Shown: positions 36,130-42,444 of the stretch, piece by piece
How positions within the stretch are numbered: the stretch's first letter is position 1
Layout of the letters: every line of letters begins with the position of its first letter
Assembly (NCBI GenBank): GCA_024704765.1
Contig: JAKMXF010000077.1
Span: forward strand, 219,001 to 261,444
DNA length: 42,444 bases
Origin: Oopsacas minuta
Lineage: Eukaryota > Animalia > Porifera
Direction of reading: 5' to 3'
Made by a program: the position numbers and the translations under genes
Notes under the pieces: generated by a model
Told to the model about the DNA's origin: nothing
Databases searched by the model: none
Seen by the model: only the letters and a program-made list of their open reading frames with translations

Positions 36130-38770
36130 GTTTGGCAATAAATCTCGAAAATCTGGGGGGGGGCTGGAGGCGCAGATATCGAGACACTATTTGGGGTTCT
36201 GTGGGAGTGTCCCTGGTAAAAAAAGACCTTATATTCACAAAGCTCGAATTTAACCTAATTCACAAATACGGCTCATAGAATATTAGGGAATATTATCCTA
36301 TTTTCTATTATGTGTGAATTTAAAATTATATAACTAGAATTCCTACAATGTTAGCTAAAGATGGGAGAGGCATAAAGCTTCGTCTAATGTCCTGAAACGG
36401 GGCGACGAGAATCTAATTCACTAAGGCACTAAATTTTCCTAAAGTATGAACTATTAAAATAATCTCTACTGCCGGGTATGTCCTTATGTGCTGCAAGAAT
36501 AACGCAGTGGTTCAAGTGCAGCTGAGTCTGAGAATTTCTCAACCATGCATGGATGATCTTCATGATACCAAAGGATCGCTAAGCCTCACACACAGAAACT
36601 GGCAAACATACATAAATGATGCATAGCATGGAAAGATTTGGTAGTAGAACCGCATTAAAGTCACTTCTACGAAAGCCGACCGCAGAGTCTTGATGCTTGG
36701 TTCAACACTAATTGTGTCGTTCTTGTCTTAATATGTGAAACTGAACGTCAGCTTCATAGAATTAGACTAATCGTAGTAGATGTGAATCGGACAAGTAGAA
36801 GTCTTCAAGAGATCTACGCAACAGTTCCACTACGGCCAAGTCATTTGCAGAATACCTTTCAGTGAGCGCCTTTGTACCAACACGCATCACATTCATATGT
36901 AAACTAGTGTGAAACTCTTTTATTCCTTCTTCTGTCACTGCTAACTGGGTAGCAGTTCGAAGTCGTGCGCCAGGTGCTCGTCCAACTCTATACAACGTAA
37001 GCAAGTACAGATGTAGATCGCCTAGGCCGAGTAATTAACTGCGGCATACAGTTCTTTTCAGTTCATGGGGTTGGTTGGTTCAGAGGAAAGTGATAATGCA
37101 AAAGTGCCAACCCAGCTTCTGATATCGCCTCCAGTAGCAAGCCTGCTAAGGCATAGCACATGAATTGGGTGAACTTTAAGCAGTAAAGCTTGGACAACTC
37201 GTAGCAAAATAGTTCTGGAAGGTCTCCTAAGATAGGCCTCGCGCACTCTGTATTCTCTGCAGGTTCAGAACGATCGTCCTTAAGTTCTTCCAAAAAATCC
37301 AAAATGGACGAGTAGTGACCCATAAATGCATGCAAAGGAGGTAATAGCATCACCCCGCGTGTAGGACAAATAGATTTAAGGGCTTTATCGCTACGGTGAA
37401 GAATATCGTAATTTTCCTGTTGCTGGATGATATTGTTGAATTTGCCAAGTTTCTTGGGTGAGTTTTTAATGAAGCTAAGGACAGAATTCATTCGCTCAAG
37501 CGCGATGGATACCTCGGGAATCACAACTAGCGAATCTTAGGTGCACAAATTCAGCTGGTGGCCGAGGCAAATACAAGTACAACGATTTTGAATTTCAGTC
37601 CACAGTTTTTCCTGCAAACCATTATCTTTTCAGTAACATCTGCCGCGCCGTCCTATCCCTGTCCCCGAATTCAGGAAAAAATGAAGATTGGAAGTCAGTA
37701 GCAAAGTCTGTAAAAGGTGCAAAAGAGTGTCCATATTCGTTCTGCTCGTCGTGTGGAAGCCAAGAAGACTTTCTCACTTCCATACTAGCATTGAAGAAAT
37801 GAATACATACCGAAACCTGTTCATTTCTGTTAATATCAGATGTCTCGTCAAGAATAAATGAAGTTGCAGGCTGTTCTTCAACTCGCGGAATTCCAGTAGA
37901 TCGGACATAATGGGAGCTATAAGTAGTTGGATAGAATGGGCGAGGGCGTGCTGAATCTCGTTCTGGGACTGAGGTGTCAAATATTTAAACTGTGTCTAGA
38001 GGAGATGTAGTTTTGAACAGACGTATTGAATATCCCGACTAACTTGAACAAGCAGTTGAAGTTTGCAGGAGAGTTGTCTTCGTCTCGGTGACCACGCAAA
38101 GACCCTGGTGTCTACAGACAAAGACAACATCAAAAACAGCTTTCAGAGCAATCCAGTTTTGCTCGTATTCGGTGGCGACCGGTTCATCTAAAATCACCAT
38201 GTGTATGTAAGCAGAGCTAGCTGCAGCGAGATGAAACTACCGTCTTGTGAAGTCCACAATCTGGGTATTTCACTTCCTCATCACGCCCCTTCTTGAAGTT
38301 GGCCCATCCAGCCCTCCTGTTGATCCACAAGATATTTTTGTTCCCCTCACAAGTTCTCATATCTGTCAGGTTGTTCGATTGTAATTGAAAGCCTAATAAC
38401 AAGGCATGCAGTACAACGACCAGTTGTCTCCCCCCAATTTCAACCAGGAACTCAATAAACCAGCATCTGATCATCTTGTGGTCAGATGTCTCAATCTTGG
38501 GCATAGGATCAGGGAGTTCATCCATGTTCTGGGCCTCAGAGATCTCTACTTAGATGGGCGAATCTGAGTCAGCGTCAGCCAGTTTTGGAGGATACTCATC
38601 AGTTGCTCAGCTACTCCAAGCGCTGGTCTTCCTGTTCATGTGGAGCAGTCCTTTGTTTCTAAGGAGTGAAGTGTGTCATGAGAGTTGATCCTGACCCCTT
38701 TATATTGCACTATCGGACATGGCTTATAGAAACACTAATATCAAAATCAAAGCAAAAATTCACTATTCGG
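36130..38770 (-). mobile_element. Second ZMYM1/THAP12-like hAT transposase pseudogene; ends undefined
   Basis: TTF-type zinc-finger remnant (RCWF...GWANFKK), TPQSQNEIQ, LSFIKNSPKKL...LKSICPTR and the C-terminal LNHCVILAAHKD. C/G-run subterminal sequence at ~36160-36220. Confidence 0.75.
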
Positions 38771-38774
38771 CGTG

Positions 38775-38844
38775 AAAGATATAAAATCCACTCAAAATCT
38801 GGGCGAAGTAGGCCCCCAGATTTTGAGTGGATTTTTATATCTTT
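38775..38844. repeat. Hairpin: ~29-bp stem (one bulge), 11-nt loop
   Basis: AAAGATATAAAATCCACTCAAAATCTGGG (38775-38803) vs CCCAGATTTTGAGTGGATTTTTATATCTTT (38815-38844). Confidence 0.9.
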
Positions 38845-38956
38845 GTAGATTATCGATTGTCCACTGAAATTTAGTTGATAGTTTGTATCTTTTTTATTAG
38901 TTTTAATAGTAGTTATATATAATTATAGAGTTGCACCTTTTTGTGAACATTTACTT

Positions 38957-39163
38957 ATGCCTAGAACTGGGAGGGTTTCCGGGGGCTCAAGTGAAAGAGT
39001 AATTGGTTTACTCGTTGGTAAACATGGTATTCACGAAATCACAAGAATGTTAAGCATTACACACTCAACTGTATCCAATATTGCGAAGAAGTGTCGGAAA
39101 CTTGGAACAACCGCAAATCTACAGAGGAGTGGCCGTCCTAACTACCTAACAGACAGGATTTAA
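38957..39163 (+). pseudogene. Tc1 transposase N-terminal HTH fragment
   Basis: EITRMLSITHSTVSNIAKK...GTTANLQRSGRP matches the Tc1 paired-like HTH and GRP motif. Confidence 0.75.
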
Positions 39164-39762
39164 GGAATAAATAAAGACTAGTGCGTTTCGCTTGCTAGAT
39201 CGCTGCGCGACAGCTAAATGTTCCATTAGTTTAAGTATGAAACAGCAAAATTTAAGTGTTTTGGTAGCAACGCGACAGAATATACTCAAAACTACGTGCC
39301 TCGAATTCGCCTAATAAGTAAACATTATCATCATCCATGATCCATCAAAATTACATTCAATTGACTTCTGTAATGACACTGGAGATGCTGTGTCGCTTTT
39401 GGTTAGTAATCTCAGCACTATGTGCCACGGATATTAAGAAATTTTGAAATTTGAATTTTTTGTAAAGCTATGACGTAATAACCCATAATGAGCTGTCTTT
39501 TGGTCAGAATCATGACGTCACATTGAGATGTACCTGTGATTCCAATTCCAAACTTCCATCATGTATATAGGCTGAGTAGTGAGTAATAATGTGATTATGC
39601 GAAAACCTCAAAAAAGGTGAGAATGACGTCATAATTTCGTCATAGTTGTGAATTTCGTCCAAGACTCAAACATGTCCGAGCTGAACCAAAATGTCAAAAA
39701 TCAGTGCTGGAGGGGGGAGGCTTCCACTTTCTTCAATCAATTCTGGAAATGCAACATATATA

Positions 39763-40663
39763 CAGTCAGGGGACAAAAGTATTCGACCACACAAATATAT
39801 TGTCACAAATTGTATACTCTTTCGCGCTCCTATATATTGTGTAGTCTATATTCGCAGCTGCAATCTAGTAATTTACATAGAATAACATATGTTTTTCGAG
39901 AATTTCAAAAAATATTTTCGATTTACACTTTTTGAAGGTGTTAATTATTAATAAATTTGATAATTATTGATAATCAAATTATGTGGTAATTCAAAACCTA
40001 TTAAGAATCTGTAATTTCTGACCTGATATTTGAATTCGACGTAGGCGAATTACCCTAGATTTAAATTTCCAATGAGATTGAACAATTTTTACCAAAGTTA
40101 TAGAAGATTTCAATTTGTGTCACCTTTTGCCCAAGGTGGCACAAGTGGTCGTTACCCAGAGGTTATTTTGTAATTCAAGGGTTTGCATAGTCATATCATT
40201 CGAAAATATTACTTTGACTTATTCCTCCTAACCCTAGTTGATTTCCTCATAGTGGCGCTTTTTCCTGCCGCCTGTGCCACTTTTTCAAGAAGTGGCTCAA
40301 GTGGCACAAATTGAAATTCTTCTATAACTTTGGTAAAAATTGTTCAATCCCATTGGAAATTTAAATCTAGGGTAACTCGCCACGTAGAATTCAAATATCA
40401 AGTCAGAAATTACAGATTCTTAATAGGTTTTGAATTACCACATATTTTGATTATCAATAATTATCTAATAATTATTAATAATTAACACCTTCAAAATGTG
40501 TAAATCGAAAATATTTTTTTGAAATACTCGGAAAACATACGTTATTTTATGCAAATTACTAGATTGCAGCTACGAATATAGACTACACAATATATAGGAG
40601 CGGGAAATAGTATACAATTTATGACAATATATTTGTGTGGTCGAATACTTTGTCCATTGACTG
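39763..40663. mobile_element. 901-bp Tc1-like non-autonomous foldback with ~362-bp TIRs
   Basis: TA|CAGTCAGGGGACAAAAGTATTCGACCAC and GTGGTCGAATACTTTGTCCATTGACTG|TA. Arms at 39763-40123 and 40301-40663, with a 177-bp spacer rich in GCCAC/GTGGC. Confidence 0.92.
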
Positions 40664-41556
40664 TATTCATATACACTTAGACATAGATTATTTGCTTTTT
40701 AATGGTATAGAAACTAAGAGCTAATATATCTGACCTCTAAGGCTGATTACTACTCTTTTCAATTTATTTAGATCCTTTCATAAGTACTGATCACCGCACA
40801 CCAATATTATTATATAAAATGACTGACATGTTAATAATTTATATATTTTCGCAATAGGTCACTTAAAACGAATACATTCCTTTAATAAGCCTGTCCAAAA
40901 GTGGATGTTTTGTACTCTGTCTGTGGGATGGACTTCAGGTACTTATGGATCGTGAAACCGGTCTCAATACTACTGTAAATTCTTTCCCAAACAGATTACT
41001 TTCGAGTTATGAACACTGCCAAAAGTCACAAGGACTTAGATAAGGGGAATAGGGAGGGTGATAAAGACTCTGCATCTTCATATTGTTTATGAATTTTTCA
41101 ACCTGCTTGGTCTGTGGCTCCTTGCATTATCATGCAAATGCTAGATCCCACGTAGGCCAGTTCTTGGCCGACCCTCTAGTAATACATTTGAATTTCTTTG
41201 ATTAAGAGTACAGTAAAAGTTACGCGAAACATACTGCCCTTTGGGACGCAAACTTGATCCACTGGAAGGTGTACATCAAACCCAATAGCATACACCACCT
41301 TATTGGCAAGAAATCTGAACTGAATTTTTTAGGCCATGGCTAATCAGGATGAATCCCAGCGGTTAGATTTCTGAGTAGACTTGAGGTGAGGCTAATATTT
41401 CTAAGTCTCATTTATGGTTACTAAATCGTATAGTCAACGTACATCGCATTTTAGAAGGAATTTATCACAACATTCTAATCCTTATTTCATTATGGGACTC
41501 TGAAATCCAATACGGCACCCATCGAGCCTAGAAATTCATAACTCCGCTGTCTTCCT

Positions 41557-41830
41557 TCAGTATACGAAAATACTAACAGTTGAGAATTCAGCATACATAT
41601 TAATCTCCTCAATAGAGCAGCAAGAATCATTAAGAAAAAATTCACGGATAAACTCGACTGAGACTTCACCCGTAACTGGTATAGATTGACCTATCACGGG
41701 CACATCTACAATTGTTTTTCTCCCCTCTCGAAATAGTTGAACCCACCTTTTGAAGTTCGAAAAGGTATGGGCTTGATCTTCACAAACCTCCAAGAGATCG
41801 TTGTGAATGTTTCAATTCGAGCATTTCAAA
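41557..41830 (-). pseudogene. mariner transposase N-terminal remnant
   Basis: FKRWVQLFREGRKTIVDVPVIGQ...SIEEI resembles the mariner RWxxxFxxGRxSxxDxxRxGRP HTH. Confidence 0.65.
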
Positions 41831-42099
41831 GAGGTACAAAACTTGATATACGCTCTATGTTCTTTTGAATAAATAATGATATAAGAAGTCAAAACTGACA
41901 AGATTACAAAGACAAGAACTTGAAAAGTATTTATGATTACTACGATTTTGGAGTTTTGGTTAATAGAGAATTGATGAATCTGATTGGAATAAGTTTAATG
42001 TGTACACTTAGATTAATAGTAATATCTATTATGATTAGCGATCAGTACTTTTAAATTACTCAGAAAATAGAGATGATCATCTATCAATGAAGACAACCA

Positions 42100-42290
42100 G
42101 CCAAAAGATGCAAAACATGTGGGTCAGAGCTCGGGCAGCTTGTAAAAACCCATGATCAGTGCAATAAATAGGGAAAAAACGTTAGCATATCATAAAAATA
42201 AATCTTGGCGTCGAAAACATTGGAAGAGTGGTATATTTACTGATGAATCCAAATTCAATCGAATTGCTAACACAGCCCTGCGGAAAAAAA
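42100..42290 (+). pseudogene. Tc1 transposase fragment with the first catalytic Asp
   Basis: LAYHKNKSW...HWKSGIFTDESKFN resembles the Tc1 WxxVLFSDESKFN motif. Confidence 0.65.
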
Positions 42291-42444
42291 AATTTTATTT
42301 GCTGATTGTTATTGCAAAACATTTTCTAATCCACATTTTAATACTGATTTTGAATAATTTTGTAAAATATACGTATCACGTCTAGTTTTTTTGCAAAATT
42401 ATTTTTAAATATTGGTATATTTATCGATGAATGCATGATACCTC

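Noticed and set aside
39465-39635. Three TGACGT(C/A)A CRE-like sites
   Set aside because: They lie in probable repeat-derived DNA with no linked gene start, so a regulatory role cannot be supported.

Overview
This is an AT-rich eukaryotic (probably invertebrate animal) genomic window made mostly of nested, decayed transposable elements, with one clear host coding exon. That exon (30336-31314, minus) encodes the C-terminal LRR part of DRC5/TCTE1, a dynein regulatory complex subunit. Recognisable elements include two P-superfamily (THAP) transposons with perfect 7-bp target-site duplications (TSDs), several hAT elements (hATm-like, ZMYM1-like, Charlie-like), Tc1/mariner elements (DD34D mariner, DD41D rosa, maT-like and Tc1 fragments), an L2/CR1-type LINE, Gypsy/Ginger-like integrase fragments and a Kolobok-like remnant. 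There are three long-TIR foldback elements, one of them a 1.87-kb near-perfect palindrome with an 8-bp TSD inserted in a P transposase. The most unusual observations are that palindrome, a LINE flanked by a ~170-bp target-duplication-like repeat inside an integrase gene, and a decayed frame ending in a transmembrane segment that resembles a rhabdovirus-like glycoprotein (candidate endogenous viral element). An 845-bp N gap lies at 722-1566. All assignments come from manual reading and remembered motifs; no searches were run.
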